From: Myxococcota bacterium
Lineage (GTDB): Bacteria > Myxococcota_A > Bradymonadia > UBA7976 > UBA1532
DNA length: 64,000 bases
Direction: 5' to 3'
NCBI GenBank assembly: GCA_036337435.1
Contig: JAYZEG010000062.1
Location: 1 to 64,000, forward strand
The notes beneath the pieces were generated by a model, which was not told where the DNA came from, ran no database searches, and saw only the letters and a list, made by a program, of their open reading frames with translations. The number at the start of each line of letters is the position of its first letter. Within the stretch, counting starts at the first letter, position 1. Below are positions 40,896 to 51,913 of this stretch, piece by piece. Position numbers and translations under genes: made by a program.

Positions 40896-42383
40896 TTAAA
40901 ACAAGCGCTTTCGTTTAGAGCTAGGAAGAATATTCATTGCTTCTCGATATTTCGCAACGGTTCTCCTTGCAATCGTGACGCCTTCTTCTTTCAACAGATT
41001 AACGAGTTTTTGGTCAGATAAAGGTTTCTTAGGTGGTTCTGCGGCTACGAGTTGCCGAATTTTACTTTTAACGGCCTCGCTGGCCAGGTCGCCCTGCTCA
41101 CCCTGAATCGAGGAATTGAAGAAGTATTTGAGTTCGAACATCCCTTGTGGGGTGTGGACGTATTTGTTTGTCGTGACTCTGCTGACGGTGGATTCGTGCA
41201 TACCGATGTCGTCGGCGACATCCTTGAGGATCAGCGGCTTGAGACGCTCCACGCCCAAATCGAAGAAGTCCCGCTGAAACTTAATGATGCTCTCGGTCAC
41301 TTTAACAATGGTTTTCTGTCGCTGATCGATGCTGCGAATCAACCAGGCTGCCGAGTTCAGCTTTTCAGTGACATACTTCTTTGTCTCAGACGAATCTGCG
41401 CCGCGTAATGCATTTCGATAGAATTTGGAGATTCGGAGCCGGGGCATACCATCATCGTTAAGAACGGTTTTATAACCGCCGTTTTCTTCGTCTTTTCGGA
41501 TATAGATATCCGGTGTGATATATCGAGTTGTCTCCGTGGAAAATGGACGGCCTGGTCTTGGTTCAAGCTGGCAAATTAACTTGGCTGCTTCAATGACCTC
41601 ATCGAGCTCGATGCCCATCGTTCGGGCGATCACCTGGTAATTTTTCTTTTCCAGGTTGTCCATGTGGTCACTGATGACGTCTTCTACGATGGCACCAAGT
41701 TCCAGCAATCGCGCCTGAATCAGCAGACACTCGCCCAAGTCACGGGCACCGACACCGGGCGGATCGAAACCTTGGAGAAGCTCCAAGACTTCTTCCACAT
41801 ATTCGAAATCGTTTCCCGTCTCGTGGCAGACCATGGAAATGATAGCGTCGCTTGAAATTGCGTCGCCATCTTCGTCCCGACCTTTTAAATAACCCTCGTC
41901 ATTAATATTGCCGATGAGGATGATGGCCACACGTTCTTCTTGCTCGGTAAAATCGGATACCTGTAATTGCCACATTAAGTGGTCGAACAGAGTCTCGGTG
42001 CGCGTAAGCGTCGCTTCATAACCGGGCAGATCATCATCGCGTAAGCGCTGCTGCCCCGTGCTGGGCGTTGGTGATGAGTAATTTTCGAAATACGATTCCC
42101 AATCGATATCAGTTCGTTGCTCAGTAATGTTTTCTTCTACTTGGACATCGGCGGTTTGCTCGTTTTTCTCTCTCTTTTCAACATCCTGTGCCGATTCGAC
42201 CCGGGCTTCCGATGCTGTTATCTCGGAGTTTTCCTCCAGCATCGGGTTTTCCATCAACTCATCGCGAACGGCTTCGATGAGGTCCGTACGTGCTAGTTGC
42301 AATAGCTTGATCGCTTGCTGCAGCTGCGGTGTCATCACCAGTTGCTGCTGCATTTTTAGATCAAGTCTGAGGTCAAGTCCCAT
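40896..42383 (-). CDS. rpoN: RNA polymerase sigma-54 factor
   Basis: MTPQLQQAIKLLQL, HESTVSR, RpoN box ARRTVAKYRE. Confidence 0.98.
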   Translation of the reverse strand: MGLDLRLDLKMQQQLVMTPQLQQAIKLLQLARTDLIEAVRDELMENPMLEENSEITASEARVESAQDVEKREKNEQTADVQVEENITEQRTDIDWESYFENYSSPTPSTGQQRLRDDDLPGYEATLTRTETLFDHLMWQLQVSDFTEQEERVAIILIGNINDEGYLKGRDEDGDAISSDAIISMVCHETGNDFEYVEEVLELLQGFDPPGVGARDLGECLLIQARLLELGAIVEDVISDHMDNLEKKNYQVIARTMGIELDEVIEAAKLICQLEPRPGRPFSTETTRYITPDIYIRKDEENGGYKTVLNDDGMPRLRISKFYRNALRGADSSETKKYVTEKLNSAAWLIRSIDQRQKTIVKVTESIIKFQRDFFDLGVERLKPLILKDVADDIGMHESTVSRVTTNKYVHTPQGMFELKYFFNSSIQGEQGDLASEAVKSKIRQLVAAEPPKKPLSDQKLVNLLKEEGVTIARRTVAKYREAMNILPSSKRKRLF

Positions 42384-42439
42384 TGAGCATCCATATTTCA
42401 ATACGTTCGACGAGCCTGACGGCTCAAGTGTACGCTACC

Positions 42440-43165
42440 TCATTTTTTCGCAGTGCCATAGTGTGTACCTAAATAGGTATCCCGAACTCGGATATTTTGT
42501 GCAACTTCGTCCGGGTCGCCACGACAGATGATGTTGCCTTCGTGGAGTATATAGATCTGGTCACAGAGGGCCAGCGATTGAGACACATCATGATCGGTTA
42601 AGAGAACAGCTGTTCCCCTCTTTGCGATCTGTCTCAAATGCATGGACACGTCCTGTACAGCGATTGGATCAAGGGCTGCAAAAGGTTCATCGGCCAAAAG
42701 TACAGTCGGTGTAACTCCGAATCCGCGCGCCAATTCAACCCGCCGTTTCTCCCCGCCGCTCAGATTCGATCCCTTCGCTTGAGCCAATTTTTCAAGACCG
42801 AATCTCTTCATGAGCTCATACCGGCGGTTTTTGCGCTCTGCCTTGGACAAACTCAACAAACCAAAATCAATATTTTCTTCCACGGTAAAGTCGAGTAGCA
42901 CCGACGGCTCTTGTGGTATGTAGGCGAGACCCAGCCGACAACGGCCCCAAAGCGGTCGCTTTTCGACTCGATGGCCCGATAAATTAATCGCTGTATTTCT
43001 CGCTGTTAATTGTCCAGTGAGTAACTTGAAAAGAGTCGTTTTACCGGCCCCATTGGGCCCTAAAACACCAACGATTTGACCTTTGTCCACATCAATGTCG
43101 ATGTGGTTGAGAACCAATCGCCGTCCATATGTGTAGTTTAGGTTTTTTGCTGAGAGTGCAGTCAT
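42440..43165 (-). CDS. lptB: LPS export ABC ATPase LptB
   Basis: GPNGAGKTT, LSGGEKRRVE, DEPFAALDP, TDHDV, YLG; upstream of rpoN. Confidence 0.92.
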   Translation of the reverse strand: MTALSAKNLNYTYGRRLVLNHIDIDVDKGQIVGVLGPNGAGKTTLFKLLTGQLTARNTAINLSGHRVEKRPLWGRCRLGLAYIPQEPSVLLDFTVEENIDFGLLSLSKAERKNRRYELMKRFGLEKLAQAKGSNLSGGEKRRVELARGFGVTPTVLLADEPFAALDPIAVQDVSMHLRQIAKRGTAVLLTDHDVSQSLALCDQIYILHEGNIICRGDPDEVAQNIRVRDTYLGTHYGTAKK

Positions 43166-43617
43166 CTGTTTTGCGGTTGGATTTGCTTTAATTGTTTCAA
43201 ATCAAACACACCCTTTGGTTTATCGACGACGATTCGTTCGCTGCTCAGCCAGATCGAAATACGCTGTCCGACCAGACGGCTTCCGTTCCTGGTCAAGCTT
43301 GGTTGTCCAGTAAGTACTAAGGTTTGTTGGTTTTGGTCGTAGGCCGCTCGTTTGGCTGTTGCCTTCATGTTGCCTTTGTCGACTTTGACATCGCCAATTG
43401 CATTGAGTTCGATCAATTCGCTGTCTTTGTACCGACCGGTCAGTCGTGTGCAAGATAATTTGAGAGACCCGCGGACAACCAATACATTGCCGCTGAATTC
43501 AACCTGTCCACTGCGATGTATGATTTCAACTCGATCGGCACTAATCTGAACTTTTTTCGCCGCATGAGTCGTTGGAGCCACGGGGGTAGACATAGCAATG
43601 ATCAAAAGAAGAAGCAT
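43162..43617 (-). CDS. lptA: LptA/OstA family periplasmic protein
   Basis: Signal peptide, ISAD, FSGNV, LVLTGQP, GQRI beta-jellyroll pattern. Confidence 0.88.
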   Translation of the reverse strand: MLLLLIIAMSTPVAPTTHAAKKVQISADRVEIIHRSGQVEFSGNVLVVRGSLKLSCTRLTGRYKDSELIELNAIGDVKVDKGNMKATAKRAAYDQNQQTLVLTGQPSLTRNGSRLVGQRISIWLSSERIVVDKPKGVFDLKQLKQIQPQNR

Positions 43618-43646
43618 GGCTAGATTGTTATCGGTTTTTCAGTTGG

Positions 43647-46172
<2,526 letters not shown>

Positions 46173-46533
46173 TCGAGAAGTAGAATATCGTTGTCGTAGA
46201 GCAGCCACCCGTCAAGGGTCTTTGCTTACCGGTCAAGGTGTCGAGCTGACCACCGACTTTTTTTGTGACCCGCACGTTTTAGATAATCCCGTTCATCAAG
46301 GCGGCTCAAGGACTTCAAAAAGCCACCAAAGCAGAGGGCCCAGAGGCGTGATTCTGATCATGGAGTTGCCACATCCCCGTACCCTCGATTAGGATTGGGC
46401 CGAGCACGACAACCATGCTCAACATGGTGACAGGTTATCTGGTATTTTATCGGACCAGCATTTGTGGGAGAACGCTGTGAAAAAGAGTTTCGTGAGTGGT
46501 CATGAATCATATCTGAGCGCGAGGGGATTCCAA

Positions 46534-47673
46534 TTGACCCGTTGTTTGGTCGTCATGACATGGATGATAAGTTTGGTGGCGGCTGACATGGCTTTCGCTC
46601 AAGCGAGTGATTACGAAGATGCCAAGCGTCAGGCTGCAGAGGCCTTTAAAGGCGGAGATTTCGACAAAGCTGCTCGCCTTTTCCGACAAGCGTTCGATTT
46701 TAGCCCCCGGGGCAATCTGCTCTTCAATGTTGGTTTTTGCTACGAGAAGGCTGGTAATCGACTTGAGGCCATTAAGTATTATAAACGTTTTTTAGACGCC
46801 GTTCCCAACTCTCCTCGCCGGTCCGATGTACAAGATAAAATCACCGACCTGTCAAAGGGGCTTGATTCCCGTTACAGGCAGGTCATCGTGACAACCGAAC
46901 CCCCTGGCGCATACATTTACTTGAATGAGCGATCCAGCGGCGCGGTGGGAAAATCACCCGTGCAGATCCCCTTGTTGCCGGGTAAGCACAAGGTGATTGC
47001 GCACCACAAAGACTTCGAGCCCGAAGAACGGGATATTACTGTCGGCTCCGATGCAGAGACCAAAGTTGATATCGTATTGCTGCCGAGTGAAGAGTTTGCG
47101 GACGTGAAATTTATGGTTTCAGAACGGGGCGTCGATGTCATGGTCGATCGGCGTCGAGTCGGCAAGAGTCCTATCGTTGGTGTCAAACGAATCCGGCAAG
47201 GTAAACACCAAGTCATTGCGATGAAGCAAGGTTTCGAAAATTGGAATCGCACCATCACAGTGCAAGGCGGGAAGGGCCAAACAATCGATATCCAAATGCT
47301 GGCTGAGGGTGTTGTTGAATCCGGTGTCGATGACGAGTCCACCCCATCTAAGGTTTGGCCTTGGGTGACGATGGGGGTCGGTACAGCGATCTTGGCCGGT
47401 GGCACTGTGACCGGCTTGATGGCGAGCGGACTTTACAACAAACTGGATGAAAAAAAGCAGCTGTCCGAACCCATTGCTCAGTCTGATATAGACACGGGCA
47501 ACCGGCTTGTCTTGATGACCAACGTCATGTTTGGTTTGGGAACGGCTATCGTAGCCGGTGGATTGACATGGTATTTTATGGAACCGGCACCGGTCGATTC
47601 TGAGGGTGATATTACAACGGTCTTTGTTCCCATTGAACGCGGTGGAGCGATCCACATAGGAGGGCAGTTCTAA
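46534..47673 (+). CDS. Secreted TPR + 2x PEGA domain protein with C-terminal hydrophobic hairpin and terminal Phe
   Basis: GAGGGG RBS before TTG 46534 (the ORF is open from 46462); signal peptide, TPRs, PEGA repeats (TEPPGAYIYLN...GKSP...PGKHKV); ends GGAIHIGGQF. Confidence 0.88.
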   Translation: MTRCLVVMTWMISLVAADMAFAQASDYEDAKRQAAEAFKGGDFDKAARLFRQAFDFSPRGNLLFNVGFCYEKAGNRLEAIKYYKRFLDAVPNSPRRSDVQDKITDLSKGLDSRYRQVIVTTEPPGAYIYLNERSSGAVGKSPVQIPLLPGKHKVIAHHKDFEPEERDITVGSDAETKVDIVLLPSEEFADVKFMVSERGVDVMVDRRRVGKSPIVGVKRIRQGKHQVIAMKQGFENWNRTITVQGGKGQTIDIQMLAEGVVESGVDDESTPSKVWPWVTMGVGTAILAGGTVTGLMASGLYNKLDEKKQLSEPIAQSDIDTGNRLVLMTNVMFGLGTAIVAGGLTWYFMEPAPVDSEGDITTVFVPIERGGAIHIGGQF

Positions 47674-50600
47674 TGTTTAATCTCCTGTGCAAGTACATGG
47701 TGACCCTTTCTTTTGTCCTTTTGACTGCTGGTTGTTCTTTGGATTTTGAAGAATTTTCTGCACCAAGCGAGCCTGACTTAGGTATGGCCGACATCCCTGA
47801 TGGCACTGTGCTCGATTCGGGGGCTGATCAAGGGTCTATGGTCATGCCCGATATGACCCTTGATCTTGGTTTAGATGATGCCGATGGCGATGGTGTGCCA
47901 GATGGTGATGACAACTGTCCCAATGAGGCCAATCCGGACCAATTAGACCTCGATGAGGATGGCCTTGGTGACGCTTGTGATGATGATGCTGACGGTGATG
48001 ATGTCGTCGACGATAACGACAACTGTCCAATGGTTGCTAACCCGGATCAGCTTGATCTAAATGGCGACAGCGAGGGCGATGCCTGTGACGGAGATATCGA
48101 TGGAGATGACGTCAGCAATGAGGATGAGGAGACCAATGGCACGGATCCCTACAATCCCGACAGCGATTATGACGGGGTGGCCGATGGCCCATCCGGTGAT
48201 CCAGATTCAGTCGCAGACCTTTGTCCATTGGCCATCGACCCCTTGAATCTCGACCGGGATAACGACGGAATTGGTGACGTGTGTGACGATGATGATGATG
48301 GCGATGGCATTAAAGATTGGTGGGACGATTGCCATCTTGGAGACAATGTTGCGGGAGATGACCCCGCGGTCGGCGCAGCGCGTTGTCAAGAGGACTACGA
48401 TCACGATGGTGTCTTGGACGTCGATGATCCATGTCCCTATCGCCCCGGGCTGCCTCAGACACCGGAGGGTCAACCCTGCGAGACCAACGTGGATTCATTC
48501 ACTTACGCTCGCGAGACCCGTGACCTTTTTGTTCTGCGGGTAAATGGTCAAGTCAATCTATCGCGCTTGCTCGCAGCGACGGCCGGCGGTCTTGTCGTGG
48601 GTTCACAACCTCCGTCCGTGATTGGTTTAAATACGGGTCTCGATGATTACAGTGTCCGTACGCTGCATGCATCTCAAGATGATTGGTTTCTCCTCACGGA
48701 CAGTGGCCTATCCATCTACGACCCTAATACGGCGCGTGTTTTTAATGTCCATCGTCGCGAACTGCCATCGGGCATTGATTCACAATTAACCGCTGTTGCA
48801 GGTGGTCCAGACACCATCTGGGTTGCGTCAGACCGTGGCTTGAACGTGTTGAAAGATGGGGCTTGGACGCTGCTTGGCGAAGAGACTTTACCCGCCACTG
48901 AAGTCACTGATTTACATTGGGATGCTCTCGACCGAGTTTGGGCGATTACGCCCGCAGGTCTCGTTCGTTTTGTCGGCGGTGAAATAGATTTTACGCTCGA
49001 TGCCTTGCCTATGGAGGTTGGCGCACTCGTTTCGGTCTCTGAGTCTCCCGACGCTGAAATGTGGGTCTTTGGTGAACAGGCTGCATTCATCATCGGGGCT
49101 GACGACACAATTACAAACGTATTACCCGATGTCGTGGGTACTGGTGCGGCTCATAATGGCTCTGAGACCTATGTTGCTCATGAGTCCGGGCTGATTAGAG
49201 TAGATGAGTCCATGAGGTCTTATCCAGTGTCACGAGCTCCAATTCCGGAGAGTCAGGTCACGTCTGTTGCCCCTGATCCCGGTCTTAACATAACGGCGGA
49301 TCGTTTTTGGGCCGGCACATCCAAAGGCATATTTAATTTTGGCGGAGCATTTGCCACCTATGGTGCCAATCAAACGCCCAGCTGCGTTCGTTTTACCGAC
49401 CGAATTAGGGGAGTTGAGGGCCTTTGGATAGGGACAGATTCGGGTCTTTTAAGACAGTCGACAAGCGGGTCCATCGAAGCATTAGATGGCTCACTTCTGC
49501 CGGGATATGATCCCAATACAGGGACGTCTCCAAGGGTTAATTTTGCAGTCCGAGTTGATGGGCAAATTTGGGTCGGGACATCTCATGGGGTTGGTCGATA
49601 CGAGCTCAATGGTGAGCCCGCTGGCGCGCTACAAGGCGTTTTCGATGAGCCCGTCGACGTCTTAAGTTTTGAACAATACGGGCAAGACATTTGGCTGGGC
49701 ACAGCAAATCATGGACTCAGGCGCCGCAATGATGCTGGTCAATGGGAACCGCCGTACACGACGGCCAGCACATCTGACTTCCTCGTTAGCAATCAGATCA
49801 CAGGCTTAGCAATTCGGGGGGATATTTTGTGGATCTCCACCCCGTCAGGGATTTCAAAATTCGCTCTGATAAGCAGTGAGTTCTTAGACCCCGTGACGTT
49901 GCGCGGCGGTCGATTACTGACCAACAATATCACGGGTGTTTCGGCCAACGACGGATTTCTATTTTTCGAATCATCTGAGGGGGTGTCCGTTCAGTCTGGA
50001 CTAGATGACTGGACTCATCTGCGTCGAGACAACAATTCGATTCCTGATGAGGCGGGGACCAATACCGTTTTAGCAACAACCTTTGATGGCGAATATCTGT
50101 GGGTTCTCTTGGGGAACTCAGCGAGACAGCCGAACGGGTCATTATTACGGCGCTCGCCAGACCCAAATGTCAATGCGCCGGAGACGATGACACTCTTTCC
50201 GCTGGGAGAGATCGGCTTGCCAGCAGTTGGTGATGCGACAACAGCGACCATGTCGGCAAAGACCACGGACGGTGGCGAGATCAGAATTGGATTTTGCGGT
50301 GATGACAACACTCCAGGGGGTGCGTCTATCCTGGGTGCCCGCGAGCTGCTGCTCGGCAGCTTGGCCGACAGGTTTAACCAGCAAACGCGGTACGCTCTGA
50401 AGGGTCGGGGGGTCGACTCAGCACTGGTTACAGGGCCGACAGGACTGCCGATGTTGGTTGGGCGTGAAGATCAACAAGCCATTGCAACTGAATTGGTACC
50501 CTTTGATGAACAGGCACCGGCGAATCCGTGGCCGACAGAAATCTCGCTGCCCAATTCTTTTAACCAGCCGCCAACCGATTGTGATTTAACTCCAGACGGG

Positions 50601-51320
50601 GAGAGACTGTGGTGTCTATTCGGAACTGAGGGGTTTGCGAGGCGAGAAAATGACGGACAGGCTGCTGTTCAATGGCAACCGACCGATGCCGATACCATCG
50701 GACTACTCTCCAATGCCGAGTTGCGCAAGATCGCTGTTCTAGGGCCAAGCAGCTGGTGGATGGCCACAAATAAAGGGATTTTTCGTTATCAAGGGGGTGG
50801 TTTCCTTGATTATAATGTGGTTCGAACCGGCGGTGAATTGCCGAGCGACGACGTGCGAACAATCTTTGTGCATGATGACAAGGTCTATGCAGGGACTGCC
50901 CTCGGAGTTGGCATTCTGGACTTGGGTGAAAACAGCTGGACAACACTCGGTCGAGCTGAATTGGGCCGGCACTCTTCGGTAAGAAGTCTTGCCTTGGCAG
51001 ATGACCAGACTTTATGGATCGGATCAGATCAGGGGCTGGTCAAGTACCCATTAGCTGATGGTGAGCAAGAACTGCAAATCTTCACGACAGAAGATAATTT
51101 ACCTGCCCTTCGCATAAATGACATTGTGATCTCTGAATCCGGCCGAGTGATTGTCGCGACCCCGGGTGGCCTCGCACACAGGGCTGGCATGGGCCGTTTT
51201 GAACGCGTCGGCTTTGCACAAGGCTTGCCGGGTCGAGCTGCCAAACAGCTGTTTATGGATGCCACTCGATATGTTTGGGTCCTCAGCGATTTTGGCGTTG
51301 GACGTCTGAACTTGGAGTGA
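47673..51320 (+). CDS. Large lipoprotein: thrombospondin type-3 Ca-binding repeats plus beta-propeller repeats
   Basis: Lipobox LTAGC; DGDGVPDGDDNCP...NPDQLD...GLGDACD repeats; many WxGTxxG/LPSxxV propeller blades; TAATG overlap with the upstream gene. Confidence 0.87.
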   Translation: MFNLLCKYMVTLSFVLLTAGCSLDFEEFSAPSEPDLGMADIPDGTVLDSGADQGSMVMPDMTLDLGLDDADGDGVPDGDDNCPNEANPDQLDLDEDGLGDACDDDADGDDVVDDNDNCPMVANPDQLDLNGDSEGDACDGDIDGDDVSNEDEETNGTDPYNPDSDYDGVADGPSGDPDSVADLCPLAIDPLNLDRDNDGIGDVCDDDDDGDGIKDWWDDCHLGDNVAGDDPAVGAARCQEDYDHDGVLDVDDPCPYRPGLPQTPEGQPCETNVDSFTYARETRDLFVLRVNGQVNLSRLLAATAGGLVVGSQPPSVIGLNTGLDDYSVRTLHASQDDWFLLTDSGLSIYDPNTARVFNVHRRELPSGIDSQLTAVAGGPDTIWVASDRGLNVLKDGAWTLLGEETLPATEVTDLHWDALDRVWAITPAGLVRFVGGEIDFTLDALPMEVGALVSVSESPDAEMWVFGEQAAFIIGADDTITNVLPDVVGTGAAHNGSETYVAHESGLIRVDESMRSYPVSRAPIPESQVTSVAPDPGLNITADRFWAGTSKGIFNFGGAFATYGANQTPSCVRFTDRIRGVEGLWIGTDSGLLRQSTSGSIEALDGSLLPGYDPNTGTSPRVNFAVRVDGQIWVGTSHGVGRYELNGEPAGALQGVFDEPVDVLSFEQYGQDIWLGTANHGLRRRNDAGQWEPPYTTASTSDFLVSNQITGLAIRGDILWISTPSGISKFALISSEFLDPVTLRGGRLLTNNITGVSANDGFLFFESSEGVSVQSGLDDWTHLRRDNNSIPDEAGTNTVLATTFDGEYLWVLLGNSARQPNGSLLRRSPDPNVNAPETMTLFPLGEIGLPAVGDATTATMSAKTTDGGEIRIGFCGDDNTPGGASILGARELLLGSLADRFNQQTRYALKGRGVDSALVTGPTGLPMLVGREDQQAIATELVPFDEQAPANPWPTEISLPNSFNQPPTDCDLTPDGERLWCLFGTEGFARRENDGQAAVQWQPTDADTIGLLSNAELRKIAVLGPSSWWMATNKGIFRYQGGGFLDYNVVRTGGELPSDDVRTIFVHDDKVYAGTALGVGILDLGENSWTTLGRAELGRHSSVRSLALADDQTLWIGSDQGLVKYPLADGEQELQIFTTEDNLPALRINDIVISESGRVIVATPGGLAHRAGMGRFERVGFAQGLPGRAAKQLFMDATRYVWVLSDFGVGRLNLE

Positions 51321-51681
51321 GACACTGAGCTGTATGTCGTCGGATCCGAATGTCTGTGATTAGAGCGAGCGCGGCAATAGGGCGAAATAGACGGACGGCT
51401 CCTAATCCATACATCGGTCTTCAGTCCCTCGACTTGAAAAAAAAATGCACTTAACTGAAAAAAAGTTTCGACGTCTAAATCCCCAAAATAAAAGGATTGT
51501 CGTAGACTGGCATGGATAAGTTTAAAGCAGCTTGAGCTCAATCTTTTAGAAACCGCTTTATGTGGACGATGTCTTGTTTGGCTTCGGAACTCGTAAAGAC
51601 TCGAGTTTTGGACGCTCCGCGAATCGAGACCCATCGACAAGTGGATTTTAAGCTCGGCAAATACCCCGGCCGGGCCTGACT

Positions 51682-51719
51682 TGAGCCCGACTGCCCCCAG
51701 TCGGGCTCATCCTTTTTTT
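51682..51719 (+). terminator. Strong Rho-independent terminator
   Basis: 12-bp stem TGAGCCCGACTG-CCCC-CAGTCGGGCTCA, then TCC and T7. Confidence 0.85.
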
Positions 51720-51913
51720 GGCCCATTTAATTATTGACGGTTCTCTGCATTGCTTCGTTTTAAACGAGGTCCGAATTGGGGACATGAATACTAAATTCAT
51801 TGAGATAAAGACTTCACTTGGGAGTATTTGCTATGCTCCTGTTCAGGGACGCTTAAGGTGCTTTCCTCGAGGTCATCGACAATCACCATCGTTTTAAATG
51901 TCCGTAGGATACC

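Noticed and set aside
47870..48430. GATGGCGAT/GACGAT-rich repetitive DNA as a CRISPR array or tandem repeat
   Set aside because: It is explained by Asp/Gly-rich TSP3 protein repeats. There are no identical repeats with unique spacers and no cas genes.
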